64,000 nucleotides of DNA from NCBI RefSeq assembly GCF_006345805.1, contig NC_043005.1, forward strand, positions 93,682,001-93,746,000, given 5' to 3'. The stretch comes from Octopus sinensis. Taxonomy: Eukaryota. Within the stretch, counting starts at the first letter, position 1, and every line of letters starts with the position of its first letter. Both the position numbers and the translations under genes were made by a program. The notes beneath the pieces are model-generated. The model had not been told where the DNA came from, searched no databases, and was given only the letters and a program-made list of their open reading frames with translations. Shown here one piece after another: positions 1 through 14,450 of this stretch.

Positions 1-189
1 AAGCCTCCTGATCGGAAGAAAAGATTACATCTATATGTATATATACATCCATATATGAGTACAGGACACCACAAATAAACGTAGAACACAACGAGAAACG
101 AAAACATAAAATCAAACGAAAAAACAGAGTACAGGACAAACAATACAAGGAAAACTCTCCTTCATCAGCTGCCCCTGGTTCGACTCAAT

Positions 190-326
190 GCGTATATATA
201 TATATATATACATACATATATACCTACATACATTCATATATACATGTGTGTATATATATATATATACACACATATATATATATATATACATACCTACATA
301 AGTATACATATACATACATTATATAT
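190..326. repeat. (TA)n/(TACA)n microsatellite
   Basis: Directly visible. Confidence 0.95.
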
Positions 327-778
327 ATTATCATCATCATCGTCGTTTAACGTCTGCTTTCCATGCTAGCATGGGTTGGACGGTTTGACTGTGGGCTGGC
401 GAACCAGATGGCTGCACTAAGCCCCAGTCTTGATCTGGCAGAGTTTCTACTGCTGGATGCCCTTCCTGACGCCAACCACTCTGAGAATGTAGTGGGTGCT
501 TTTACGTGCCACCGACACGGGGCCAGTCCGGCGGTACTGGCAATGATCACGCTTAGATGGTGCTCTTAGCACCCTACTAGCATGGGACACAAGTGCCAGT
601 AAGGCGAGGCTGGCAACAATCACGCTCGTATGGTGCTCATGCCGGTCATCAAATTTCACTTTGATTTTGATTTCGGTTTCAATTTCACTTGCCTCAGCAG
701 GTCTTCGCAAGCAGAGATTAGTGTTCAAAGAAGGAAAAGATACGCACAAGTGGGCTGGTTACACCCCTGGCACAGGCA
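327..778 (-). mobile_element. RTE LINE 3' UTR fragment
   Basis: Starts with the reverse complement of the (GAT)n tail (tcatcatcatcgtcgtttaacgtc) and is near-colinear with 1248-1830 and 61690-62313. Confidence 0.85.
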
Positions 779-786
779 AACGAGGT

Positions 787-1245
<459 letters not shown>

Positions 1246-1247
1246 TT

Positions 1248-3585
1248 ATCATCATTTAATAATAGCATGGGTTGGACGATTTTGACTGAGGTCTGGCGAA
1301 CCAGATGGCTGCACCAGGCTCCAATCTTGATCTGGCAGAGTTTCTACAGCTGGATGCCCTTCCTAACGCCAACCACTCCGAGAGTGTAGTGGGTGCTTTT
1401 TACGTGCCACTGGCACGGGGGCCAGTCAGGCAGTACTGGCAATTACCTCACTCAAATCTTTTTACACGTGCCAGTGAAGCGACATTGGTAACGATCACGC
1501 TCGAATGGTGCCCTTTTACATGCCACGGGTACAGAAGCCAGTTGGCTGCTCTGGCAATGATCACGCTCGGATGTTGCTCTTAGCACCCTACTAGCACAGG
1601 CATAAGTGCCAGTAAGGCGATGCTGGTAACGATCATACTCAAATAGCCGCTCTGTCAACAATCACACTCGTATGGTGTTCTTTGCACCCCGCTAGCACGG
1701 ATGCCAGTCATCGAATTGATTTAGGTTTTCATTTCACTTCCCTCAACAGGTCTTCGCAAGCAGAGTTTAGTGACCAAAGAAGGAAAAGGTACGCATAAGC
1801 GGGCTGGTTACGCTCCTGGCATAGGTTATGGTCTCATTTGGCTTGCCAAGTCTTCTCAAGCACAGCATATTACCAAAAGTCTCGATCGCTAGTCATTTCC
1901 TTGGTGAGGCCTAATGTTCGAAGGTCGTACTTCATCACTTCATCCCAGGTCTTCCTGGGTCTACCTCTTCCACAGGTTCCCTCAACCGCTAGGGTGTGGC
2001 ACTTTTTCACACAGCTATCATCATCCATTCTCACCACATGACCATCCCAGCGCAGTTGTCTCTCTTGCACACCACAACTGATGCTTCTTAGGTCCGACTT
2101 TTCTCTCAAGGTACTTACACTCTGTCGAGTATGCACACTGACATTACACACCCATCGGATCATACTGGCTTCATTCCTTGTGAGCTTACGCATGTCCTCA
2201 GCAGTCACGGCCCATGTTTCACTGCCATGTAGCATGGCTGTTTGTACACATGCGTCATACATTCTACCTTTTACTCTGAGCAAGAGGCCATTTGTCACCA
2301 GCAGAGGTAAGAGCTCTCTGAACTTTGCCCAGGCTATTCTTATTCTAGCAGCTACACTTTCAGCACACCCGCCCCCGCTGCTGACTTGGTCACCTAGGTA
2401 ACGGAAGCTATCAACTACTTCTAGTTTTTCTCCCTGGAATGTGGCAGAAGTTGTTCTCTGCAAATTTTCAGTGTTTATTGCTCCTGAGCATCTGCCATAT
2501 ACAAAAACTATCTTCCCAGTTAGCTTTCCTTTGATAGTGCTGCACCTCTTATATGTGTCCATAGCTTACACTGGGTACATCTTATAGAGTTTCTACCTAT
2601 GCCTCTACTACAGATCGAGCAGGGCCATCTACCTGTGGTTTGCCTGCCTTCCTACTTATTAGGACTTTGGTTTTAGCTAGGTTGATTCTAAGGCCCTTCG
2701 ATTCTAATCCTTGTTTCCATACATGAAACTTCTCCTCTAGTTCTGATAGTGACTCAGCAATTAGAGCAAGGTCATCAGCATAGAGGAGCTCCCAGGGCCA
2801 TCCTGTCTTGAATTCCTCTGTTATTACCTGGAGGACTATAATAAATAGGAGGGGGCTCAGGACTGAACCTTGGTGAACCCCTACCTCTACCCGGAATTCT
2901 TCAGTGTACTCGTTGCCAACCCTCACCTTACAGACATCGTCCCTGTACTGGGCTTGCACAGCTCTCACTAACCATTCATCTATCCCTAGTTTCCTCATTG
3001 ACCACCAGATAAGGGATCGGGGGAACTTGTCAAAGGCTTTCTCCATGTCAATGAAAGCTTGGTACAGGGGCTTATCTTTGGCTAGGTATTTCTCCTGCAG
3101 CTGTCTTACCAGAAATATAGCATCAGTGGTGCTTTTCCCTGGCACGAACCCAAACTGCATCTCATCTAAACTGACTCTCTCTCTTATTTGTTGGGCTATG
3201 ACCATTTCCTTGATTTAACAACTTGATACCTGTGTAATTATTTGTATATAAAGCGTCACCTTCTTTGTAGCAGTTGACTATGGTGCTCCTACACCAGTCA
3301 TTGGGTATGACTCCTTCATGTATCACCTGGTTAACTATATGGGTGACTAGGCTATAGCCGACACTGCCAGATATTTTGAGCATCTCTGCAGTGATTCCTG
3401 ATGGGCCAGAGGCTTTCCCTGTCTTCATACTCTTAATTGCTTTATCTACCAAGGCACTGTCAACTTGGATAGTTGGTCCCTCTGTTGGGTTGACATTCAG
3501 CAGACTCTCTTTCTCCCATTCATTTTCTTCATTGAGCAACCTTTTATAGTGGCATCTCCAAACCTCTTTCTTTGCAGCCTCGTTT
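1248..3585 (-). mobile_element. 5'-truncated RTE-clade LINE, RT frameshifted
   Basis: ORFs 3162-3539, 2597-3205 and 1870-2562 give MQFGFVPGKSTTDAIF, FIDMEKAFD, VGVHQGSVLSPLLF, LLYADDL and a C-terminal W.GHV.RM...GRGRPRKTW, followed by a 3' UTR and (GAT)n tail. Confidence 0.95.
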
Positions 3586-5528
3586 AGTGCAAAAAATGAT
3601 AGAAATGAATATAGGAAGAAATAGGAGAAGAAAAACTAAGAAAGGCATGGTTAACACTTTAGGATTCAATTACTCTATCAAGTATAATGCTTGTTTATTC
3701 ATGTTGTTTTCAATTAATTATGTATTATCTTATAGGCTTGATATTTTGATGATGTTATTGATTATATTTAGAATGACATCATAGGGTAGGTGTGAGAGGC
3801 TAGAGCTGGCCAGTTTGAACATAAAACAAGGTAGAATATTTGGGCCGGGTAAGGGGGTTGGTTCAAATGTTAAAAGTAATGAAAGGGGAACGGAAGGTGG
3901 AACACAGAGGAAAATGGAGAAAATGATAACAAGATTCACAGGCAAATACTTAAAATTTTAGTGCTGAGGTGGAAATTCAGTTAAGATGATAACAGTTTGC
4001 AGTGATATGACAAATATGTCCAACCAATACCACCAGGTAAAAGAAACAAAACACTGATGAGGACGATTTACAAATTCTATCATCCATTCATGCTCATATG
4101 ACTCTACTTCCAGTCAATGAGCACTGAATTGGTGAAAAGTTGCAAATGAACAATGTCTTAATTAATAACACTTTCCATAGTCTTTAATTAAAACGTATAT
4201 CAAAACAGAGCCAATGAACTAAATAAAATCAATCAGTTAAAATAATGTTTGTTAAACATATCAGACAAAACATAATTTACACTTTGGGAGCAGTGGGAAA
4301 AAAAGAAAAAAAACCTCTCTGAAAGTAACCATGCAGTCTGTAAGGTTTCCCCTAGTATCTCTGTCGATTGATTCTAAACATGACCACTGAAATATACTAT
4401 GTCCAAGTAAACTACAGCGTTTTCTAGATTTCATTTCCTAAGCATGTAAAGCCACAGAACCGAGTTCAATTACTCATTCAGTCATGAAACATTAAGCAAA
4501 TGTGTAAAGGCTGTTGCATCTCAGATTAGATACTTCCCATGTTTTAGATATTATTCCATCTGATCTACACTAATCAAAGCCCACAAGCTCCAGAATGCTG
4601 GGAACTCCTACTTTTAGAAGCACATGCTTTATTATGTTGACCTTGTGTGTTTTGGCAACCAACAACCTTTGAATCTGCAAGATAAATATTGGTGTCCAAT
4701 AATAAGAGTACCAGATATGCACCATACACATTCATAATATCCTCCTGGTCAGCCCTTGTCACTCTGTCCCCACTCACTTCTACTCGTATTTTGAGGGTCC
4801 ACCTTAACAGCTCATCATCATTATTCTTGTTTCTTTTCACTTCTACTTGATCACTCCAACCCTCTCTTCTAAAATAGAGTAATTATGTAGCTTCCCTACA
4901 GCAAAAACCCTGTTTTGCTTCAGCCCCCTTCTCTCATACTTTTTTTACTCACCAAATGTAAAACTATCCTCATGAAGTTCATAGTGTTGCAAGCTGCAAG
5001 CTGGTGGCCACTGTTATAAGGTTGGCTTTATGAAGGGCAACCAATCAAAGAAACCATGCTAGAGCGAACAATAGAGCAAAATGCAGTCTTTGGGCCCATC
5101 CTGTCAAACCCACACAAGCATGCAATGTGGACATTATATAAAGAAGAGGAAGAAGAAGAAAAACCTAAGCAAATTGCAAAATGTATGCCCAATTCTTCAG
5201 GATTGATGCGATTTCAAATGGATGATCAATGAAAAGCATTGACCAATGTCCCCAGTCCTGGAGATTTGGCAGTGAATGTTCAATTCTTATCTTACTGAGC
5301 AGAATCGAGAACAAGTAAATTGGCCATTTCTCTGCTAGCAACATCATTTTGCAATCTCAGTTGATTCCACTTTGAAGTAGGCCTATGTGCCAAAGTCCAC
5401 TGATTGCATGTTCTCCATGTATTGGCATGATGACTCATCTGTCATGGGAGTCAAAAGGAGAATGACCAAGGCATAGAGAGAAGATAAAAAGCATGACAAA
5501 AATACCTTATTAATATTTCCTCCTAAGT

Positions 5529-5832
5529 TCTATATACTCTGAGAACGCATTAAAGCCTTTTTCAGGGCTACTTTATTTGGAATTCTTACTATCGGGTAAC
5601 TAATTTCATGTTATTACATAACTGACTTCACAATTTGGGTATTCATAACTTATTGGGAATTCCTAGAAACAAGAAGATTTGTAAGACAGTTCGGTATTCT
5701 CTGTAAATGCACGAAAAAAGTTTTAAGGGTTACATACTTTGTATTGTTGTTATTGGATTAGCGAAACAATTATGAGAATGGAACCAAGGGATAAGCCCCG
5801 CTTTCCCGAGAATAACCGGCTACGTCAGCTAG
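5529..5832 (+). mobile_element. Non-autonomous Helitron-like element (~300 bp)
   Basis: Starts TCTATATAC and ends ccggctacgtcagCTAG followed by T. A second, interrupted copy has the same 5' part (61212-61358) and the same 3' end (63041-63092). Confidence 0.5.
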
Positions 5833-8802
5833 TTACTGAATGTGTAACTGGAAACAGGGATGTTACTTTTAGCCCCATTAACTTCAAGAGCAAGTTTCAT
5901 TATACCAGTTGGTATAATGTTGGAAGTCGGTTGAAAAATAGAATTATGCCTTGTAGAACTAAAAGCATTTTTTTTTTACCTCCAACTTCGTAATGACCTT
6001 TGTTAACAAACTAGTGAAAACATTGATACACTGTGAACAGCAGCCTCAAAATCTAGAGGAATATACATTTCCATTGAGTGAGAAGAAAAGATTTGAAAGA
6101 GACCCAAGAACAGAGAGCCACTTCCGCAGCAAAATGACAGTAGACAATGCCAACGATAATGGGGTAGGTATACTGTAAGACTTACTTCAGGTATGAAGCT
6201 GGGCACAGAGAAGAAATCTGAGGGAATACTTTGAGGATGACATTGATAAATTTAGTGACTGAACGAATGAGTTTCTGCTTCACTGCATTTTAGAAATGAA
6301 ATATAGAAGTGTAAAGTGCAACTGCCAATGTTGAAACCAAAATTGTACGAGAATGAAAGAATTGTCACGTAGCCTTCATTTTCATTCAATGAGATGCGTT
6401 TGATGTCGTTTGAGAGAAAGCACGTTTACAGCTGTGAAGTCAAATGAAAGAAACTGCACCTTTCATATAAGATTCCTGAAGCTTGCTATTGACGGTTGAT
6501 TTAAGGTTTTTGCTCTTCGTATCTGAGATACGCTATAGGATCAATGGCTGAATCGTCAGGCTGTAAGTTGAAAAATGGCGAATCTAGTCTGTGTTTGTTA
6601 CAGATGACTGATCATTAGATTTGTTTCGTAATGCTACGAGGACATAAACAGGCGTTGCCAAGCCCCAGTCTCTCGGCAGCATCAAAGAGAGTCCCGTCTA
6701 ACAAGATAGCCAAGGTTTCTGTTAATGCAAACTAGCTAGCTTGGTTGAGGAAATTGACCACGATGCAAGAAAGAAAAGCTGGAATATTTTAAGTGGATCA
6801 GAAGCAGAAACAAAAGCCACTGACTAATTACAAAATCCCCATCGGTTACTTGGCTACGTTTGATGCCAACAAGAGAGAATAGAAAAATTGTCTGAACTAG
6901 TTTCGGCAGCACATATTCTTAGAACTGACAGTAATTTAGTTTTAACCAGACTAAACGTTTCCTGTAAACTGATTTTTTAATTATTTTTACCTCAGCTCTC
7001 ATAAATAGATACCTCATAGCAATAAAAGTATTTTCTCAATAGATATGATCAACTAAACACACTAGAGAGTTAAATGGTCGAAAGATGTGGCCATTATGCG
7101 CGTACGTGAATCGAAAACAGCCATGTACAAACTGAAACAAAATGACGAGAAAGAAGTACAGCAGTAAATAATGTGAAGTGGGTTTCGTTCCAAGAAGACA
7201 CAATCGAAACGGACAAGAAGAAAAGGATATTAAATCAGGGGAAATATTATCAATCTTTATAAAATACATCGATTTATATGTTTATACCAAATAAATATGC
7301 TCTACAAGGTAAACTGATTTCCTGTTATATTTTTTAAGTGCTGTCATGCCAATAAAACCAAATTCACTAAAAAGATGAGCCACATTAGATAATACAGCTA
7401 ATACCATGACAGTGCCGATATTGGGGCAGAAAGATTGCCGATATTGGTCGCGGTAAATAATGATTGTATATCAAATATCAGCAGCTTTTAACGAATACAC
7501 TAACTTCTATTGATAATCAAATATTATTAGCCACAATTAAAAAAAGAAAAAAAGGGTCCCTGCTAATTAAAATGTATTTGATCTGCCTTCCTAATTATCC
7601 TCTACTCTGTCAGTTATCGATCTAAAGATAAAAGGACTTGATTGTGTAGAACCGACGAAATATATAAATAAAATCCATCGATAATGAAGGCAACACTAGT
7701 TCAGTGTCTCCACGACCACCCACACGGTTTTTTTTTTCAATCCAAGACATCTAAGCAATATCTATTGATGAGTGCAACTTTCCAAGTTTCCATCATAATT
7801 GGCCACAATAAAAATTAAATGTTATAAGCACGCACGCACGCACACATTATACGAGTGTTGATAGACATATATACTAAAACTAAAAACCTAACTCCTCTTT
7901 ACAAAACGAAAGGCCGTCCGTATGTAAGTGTTGTAATAAATGTGTTATGTTAATGTATTGTAAATGAAAAGAGGAAATATTACATACATATGTCTGAATG
8001 ATGTAGTTAGGTGGCTCAAATATTAAAACTGTTAACACTTTCCTAGAATTGCTCGCAGAAAACGTCACAAATAAGAAAAAAAAGCATTTAGATTTACAAC
8101 TCAATCGGAGAGCAGTTCAATAAGGATTGATGCAAAATATTATTAAGAATCGTCAAACACGCACAAAAGTGTGTAAACAATTATGTTCTTTGAAGCTGTG
8201 TATATAGAAAGCAATATTTCTGGCCAGAAAATGAGGGATCGATTTTGAATGGAGAAACCATCGCTAATTGATCCCCCATTTTGTGCCCGACACACAACAT
8301 TACAACGCCATATTGTTATAAAGAACGACCACGCATTGCTTTTAAATCATCTCGAGAATCGATAATAATTTGCCATGTAACTCGAGTCATTATGTTGCAG
8401 TGTTTTACTGTTTGATATTTAAAAGCAAAAAAAGCATATATCAAAGCAAGAAAACAAACAGATTCATTAAATACGCAAAAACAATAACAAAATGTCACAA
8501 ACCTTCCCGAGTAAATCCCTCCATTTTTGTTATTTTCAGTTCGCTTCGCCGTACTTCAAGGAAATGGACAACATAGCATTCAACTCGTGCAATATCACAC
8601 ACGCACAAAGAGACCTCCACCTGAACAACACTTAATTTAGTGAATTGAGTGTGTGTGATGTATGTATGTGTGTGAATATATATATATATATAATGAAAAT
8701 ACGGTTATTTTAAATTAATATATATAATACTATATATATATATATATATTAATAATTAGTAAGACGGATATTTTGTATGCGTGTATGTATGTAGGTAGAT
8801 AA

Positions 8803-8841
<39 letters not shown>

Positions 8842-10389
8842 AAACAATAATGATTTTTTTTTTTAATTATATAAACTTTTACTTTCCATTTTTAAATAAC
8901 CAAATGAATTGTTAAAACTCCAAATAACGCAGTAGTAAACAGACTGCTGACACTTTGGATAAAATCCTTAGTCCATTTATTCCCTTCTTCGTTTATGTTG
9001 TCAGCGATTTCTCTCTAAGCACAAACCTTCTCCATAATTTTTGTAGTCGTGTCAGATGTGTTATGACTTGATTTATAGAGATATATATCGATCTGACACT
9101 GTAATTACTAATCGACCTAAACGCATAAAAGGTGATAACAAATTTTGCGTCTTTGTCGTAATGAAACAAATTTGATATGACTTCATACAATATTTGTTTA
9201 ATTCGATGAGGAACGAGCGATATAAATATTAACTGTGTTATTGCTATTTGTATTTATAGAACCCACGAGGTAAACGGAGAGAAAATGACAACTGAAGTTA
9301 GTAAATAAGACATGGTTTGCATAAATATATATATGCACATAAAATATTCTATCGCATTATATCTATCTCAAAGGTTGGTCATTTTTTTAAAATTTTTAAC
9401 CATGTACCTTACAATAAATATATTGCAACATCACAGGCAGTTTTTTTTTTTCCAAGTTAATGAACATGTAATGCCATTGTCATGCTACTATTATTTAATG
9501 CGTCTTTTCCGTTCTGAGTTCAAATCCCACTGTGTTCAAGTACCTTTCAACCTTGGAAGGGGCAAGTCAATAAAATAAAGTACTAATCAAGTACTTGCGT
9601 CGATGGTATCGATTAATCCCACCCACCCAAAAAATGCTACATTTGTACCTAAATTAGAAACTATTATTAGGTTACTGCTTGGTGGTATGCATCTTAGAAT
9701 GCTGATCAAGACTATTAAAGGTACCAGTTAATATCAAAGGTTGGCTATTTAATTAAATAAAGCTGCTGGACGTCAAGGATCGTTTGTGACTTCGGTTCTA
9801 CTTCCATAAATACAGCACAACACGGCATCATGTGATATGACAGAGGCTTGGCTGCGACACTTTGCTACAAAAGCAAGAGCGAAGTCACTTCTGAACAAAT
9901 TATTTATTAGGAGCGGACATGATGAGTATTGGAAGAGTTTTCTGTAATGGTGGGGGGGGGGCTGAAACTTGAAAAGTACATTTTTAGGAGTATAACATCA
10001 AGTGATAATGTCATCAGTTCGTCCACAACAGAAACAATAGTGTTCCTTGGACCATTTTAAATCCTTTTCACTTCCAGAAATGAACCTTCTCCATTGTTGT
10101 CAGTTGACAAGATATATATATATATATATATTCTTTTACTTGTCTCAGTCATTTGACTGTGTCTATATATATATGTAAATATATATATAGCATATATGTA
10201 TATATATGAAACGAATACATTTATATATAGCATATATATATGCTATATATATATATATATATATATATACACCGTCCAACCCATGCACAACGGACGTTTA
10301 ATGATGATATATATATATATATATATATAAATGTATATGTATAGATAGATAGAGATACATCACCCGTAAAAAAGAGAGGTAATATTCTG

Positions 10390-11460
10390 GGAAGGAAGGA
10401 ATGGGAACAGGGTACATATGAGGGATTGGATGAAAGTTTAATAGGTCAGAAGAACAGCAGCCATTATAGAAACAATAGAAAAGACAGAAGACAACAATGC
10501 CTGCAGGACAAAGACTGGAGTGGGTCTGTTAGTGGTTAAATACGATAAGTCAAGTTGCCCTTCTCTTGATGCAGTCAAAGATATCTGTGTATTTAACAGT
10601 TGCACCATCCCAGATGTTGGGGCAGTACTCCATTGAGGGCCTTATTTGAGTTTATACAATGTCAGTAATTGTTGAGGGCTGAAATATTTTCTGATTCTGA
10701 AGAGAAGGGCCAGTGTTTGAGATGCAGTCTTAGCTATGTTAAGAAAATGCTTTCACCAGGAGAGACACCCAGTAATAGTGAAGCTTAGCATTTGGGGTAA
10801 CCTTGAGGGCTCTAGCTAAGTACCACTCAAGCTTTATGCTTGAGAGTGCAGCAGTGTTTTCTTGATGTGATTAATGCTAGGTTTTTTTTAGCATGGTTAA
10901 GACAAGTTTGGCATAGATCAATCAAAGAATACTCTTAAGGTCTCCATTCATGGAATCAATGTAGGTTTGGTGTGTGATGTTTAGGGTTGTATGGGGATGA
11001 TGCATGGTTAGGGAAAGCTAGAAAGGAATGAAGAGCAGAGTCTTCAGAACAGGAGTGGACATTATTGGACGTGGTAACAAGTAGGCCATTGATGCATGGA
11101 AGGAAGTAAGTTGGGGAGAGTACCAAAACCCAAGAGAACATTAGAGTTGATTGAGAGCAAAGCAGAAAGAGTTCAGTCAATATATGTTGCAATGGTGTAA
11201 TAAGATAGGAAGCTACAGATGCAAAAGATGAGATGAGGGTGGAGGTCATGGATGGAAAGTTTTGACAGCTTTGTATGCAGGGGCAGTCAAAGGTTTTGTT
11301 GATATCTAGAGTAACAACAAAATTGTCTTCACAGAACTTGGAGAGTAGTTTCTGCAATGGACCTGGCTCTATGGAAAGCATAGGTGGCCAGTGAAGAGAA
11401 AGAAAAAGATTTCAGGTGTCATTGTTAATGGCTGTTTTCATTAGTAATGTGAGAAATAGA
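10390..11460 (-). mobile_element. Decayed CR1/L2-type LINE 3' portion
   Basis: The minus strand near 10600-10660 reads like LYK..IRPSMEYCPNIWDGA, with several frameshifts. Confidence 0.55.
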
Positions 11461-11479
11461 ATAATAGTTGTCTGGGTCA

Positions 11480-12560
11480 GAGCGGGTGCTTCTCATTGGA
11501 GTCAGACACACTGAAGTGTGCCAAGAAAAGAAAGATAAATAAAAATTCACTAAATCTTAGATCAAAGAAAATATAATGGAGAGAAATTAAAGAAGAGATG
11601 AACGGAATGAGAAATTCAAAGGAAACAAACTAGAAATGTTCCAAATTTTCACTGACAGAATGTTAATAATTTATAGAAAACATATCCCTGAAAGAAATAC
11701 AAAGATAAAATATCAAAATGAAAGAAACTCTTGTGAATTAAAAAGTCAATCAATATTGAAATAAAGAAAATTCTAGAAAATGTAAAACTTTAGTAATATG
11801 AATGATAAAGCAAGAACAATCAGTGAAACCAAAAGAGACTTGAAATTCCTCTATAAATATACCAACAGGACTATGAACACAAAATTGACGACTGGACAGA
11901 GAAAATCTCTTGTTAAATAAAGATGCCAAAATTGTAAATATTCTTAAATACCAGTTCAGCCCAACTTTTAATACATCAAAAATAAATACATTTGATCTTG
12001 AACGATTATATTTTTCAATGACAAAAATACAAGTTATCTAAAAGACATCATCATTCCTAAGGAAATGGTTACAATGCTTTGCCAATACATCATGTGAAAC
12101 AAACTGTAAACACAAATTAGTAAAACCACTACAAATGATGTTTCAAAATTCACTTGGTACAGGAAGCTGTTCTAAGATCTCAAAATGAACATTATTCCAA
12201 TTTTGTCAAAAACTGAGAAAAAACTCTTGCAGAAAATGATCAACCAATATTTCTTACAAGTTTGATCACAATGATTTTTGAAAGAGAACTCAGAAATATG
12301 TGGACCCATCAAGTCTGAAAGACAGATAACCAATATGGTCTTTGAAAAAAAAAAATTATTGCGTGTATTACTATGACAAGATTATTGCAATGTTATTAAT
12401 CAGTTCGAATATGCTTGATGCATGTTCAGACCATGTCATATGGCCAGCTGGAGATGATGTCTCCTGGAGCTAAATTACAGCAACATTCATCCTAAACCAG
12501 GACTGCCATGTTATGTTGGCAAACAATCTTTACTCCTGAGATGACAAAGGAATGTTACAA
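11480..12560 (+). mobile_element. Highly decayed CR1-type LINE fragment
   Basis: Remnants resembling ILNxQF, N..PIxLTS and QYG, colinear with the 38.5-41.6 kb element. Confidence 0.45.
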
Positions 12561-12614
12561 ATGAAGCAGTTGTTTCCTCCCACCACTCTCACTTTCTCTT
12601 CTCTACAACATTAT

Positions 12615-12780
12615 CCTGGAAAAGTATAGGACAAGTTATTACACCTGGAAAAGTATAGGACAAGTTATTACACCTGGAAAAGTACAGGACGAGTTATTAC
12701 ACTTGGAAAAGTATAGGACAAGTTATTACACCTGGAAAAGTACAGGGCAAGTTATTACACCTGGAAAAGTATAGGACAAG
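12615..12780. repeat. 29-bp minisatellite, ~5.7 copies (CCTGGAAAAGTATAGGACAAGTTATTACA)
   Basis: Directly visible head-to-tail copies with few substitutions and no spacers. Confidence 0.95.
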
Positions 12781-14270
12781 CTAGTACTTCAAGTAAAGAA
12801 TAAGAAACTTTTTACTTAAAATTTTGCAGCTAAAATTAAAATTTGAATATTAAAAATGATTTTATTATAGTTTACAAATAACACTATACTCATTAAGTAC
12901 AATTTTGCTAATTTACTACCTTAAATACAGAAAAAAAGTGACTAATTAGACAAACTTACAAATTAGCTGAACAGTTTTGTACAATAAAGAGTGATAAATT
13001 AGAAGAACTGACATTCTTTGCTGCAATATTTTAAGTAAAAGGTTTCTTATTCTTTAGTTTACTAGAAGTAATAGCATGTCCTATACTTTTGCAGGTGTAA
13101 TAACTTGTTCTGTATTTTTCCAGGTTTATAATCTTAAGAATATTACTTTTCATGCTTGCACATTTCCATGTAATAGATATATTGTCTCTTGAAACACGAT
13201 TTTGTTTTTGTGATCTAACATTGCAAATGTCACTATCATAATTTAAACTTGCTAGCATGGAAAACGGACGTTAAACGATGATGATGATTTGTGTTGTACT
13301 TTACTTTTACAACATAAGGTTAAAGTGAAGACTTATACAGTGAAATGTTACTTTTCTTTTTTAAAATCTTTGATTTAAGTGGGATGGTAAGCATTAGGGC
13401 ATCTATAGTATATCAGTAATAATCTGTTTAACCTAACTAATAATTAAGCTTAATTATTGTATGAAGTTTGTTTCAGTGAAAGAAGAAAAATAGTAAGTTT
13501 GCCGATTTGCTATTGCTACTTAATTTAATTTTTATTGCAATTTGTTTATAATGTATTGGATTTGGAAAAAATTTGAGTATTAGATCAACCTTAAACATAC
13601 AGCTGTTCATAATAGTTGAAGTGAGTGGAGTTAGCTATTACAATGAACAACATAAATGTTTGTAGACGAGGAGAGAGAGATAAACTGCTCTGAAATTACA
13701 GAAAGCTATCTATGAGGCAATTTGTAGTCAGCCCCAAAATATATGAAGTCAACTCTTTGTGGTGACAGAAGTCTTTGGTTGTCTGCATAAATGTCTGGAA
13801 CCGTCGGATTGCCAGAATGGAGGTAGGTGCATGTCACTCAGCTGCTTTCAACGTTCTGCAATTAACTGAGTGGCAAAATGGTCTTTTATAGGGTACAAGA
13901 ACATTCTAAAAACTACATGCTACAGTTTCATGTGCTAATCGGTTGCTCAATAAACTGATCACATGAAACTGGTGTTTCACTCGTGGTGTCTAACCAGTTA
14001 TCTCGCAGTCGAGGTTTCAAATCATCACTACAATGTCAAGATAATTCTTGTGGTTTGCAGTTGAATTAGTTGGTGTGTATATGGTGTGTGTCCCAAATGT
14101 ATGCATGTTTTCAGCCATTAAAGCTCCAACCCCTGCATTACAAATTGTCACTGTACTTCTTGCCCAATGTCAATCAGTTGACTTTGTTTTTTTGAAATGC
14201 CTCTGCATTTCTAGCCTTTTTTTTTTGTGTATGACGTGATATGATGTGTGTGTGTGTTGATATATGACTG

Positions 14271-14450
14271 TAGAAGGCGGTGAGCTGGGAGAAACTTTAA
14301 TACGCCGGGCGAAATGCTTTCATCTGTCTTTACGTTCTGAGTTCAAATCCTGCCGAGGTCAACTTTACTTTTCCGGGTCGATAAATTAAGTACCAGCTGC
14401 GTACAGAGGTCAATCTAATCGACTGGCCCCCTCCCCCAAAATTTCGGGTC
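14271..14450 (+). mobile_element. tRNA-derived SINE; related copies at ~9500-9670, 27690-28100, 33428-33615, 41700-41900, 43780-43940
   Basis: A-box-like ggtgagctgg, B-box-like gagttcaaatcc, and a shared core ggtcgataaattaagtaccag. Family name not verified. Confidence 0.75.

Noticed and set aside
140-192. CTGATGA hammerhead-like core on the - strand
   Set aside because: Stem II is followed by GTAT rather than GAAA, and no stem III or cleavage site can be built.
4574-4840. Terminal exon of a minus-strand gene (ttgcag acceptor near 4677)
   Set aside because: No recognisable protein in any phase, and the upstream part looks like decayed RTE C-terminus.
12615-12780. CRISPR-like 29-bp repeats
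   Set aside because: The units are contiguous with no unique spacers, there are no cas genes, and the context is eukaryotic.
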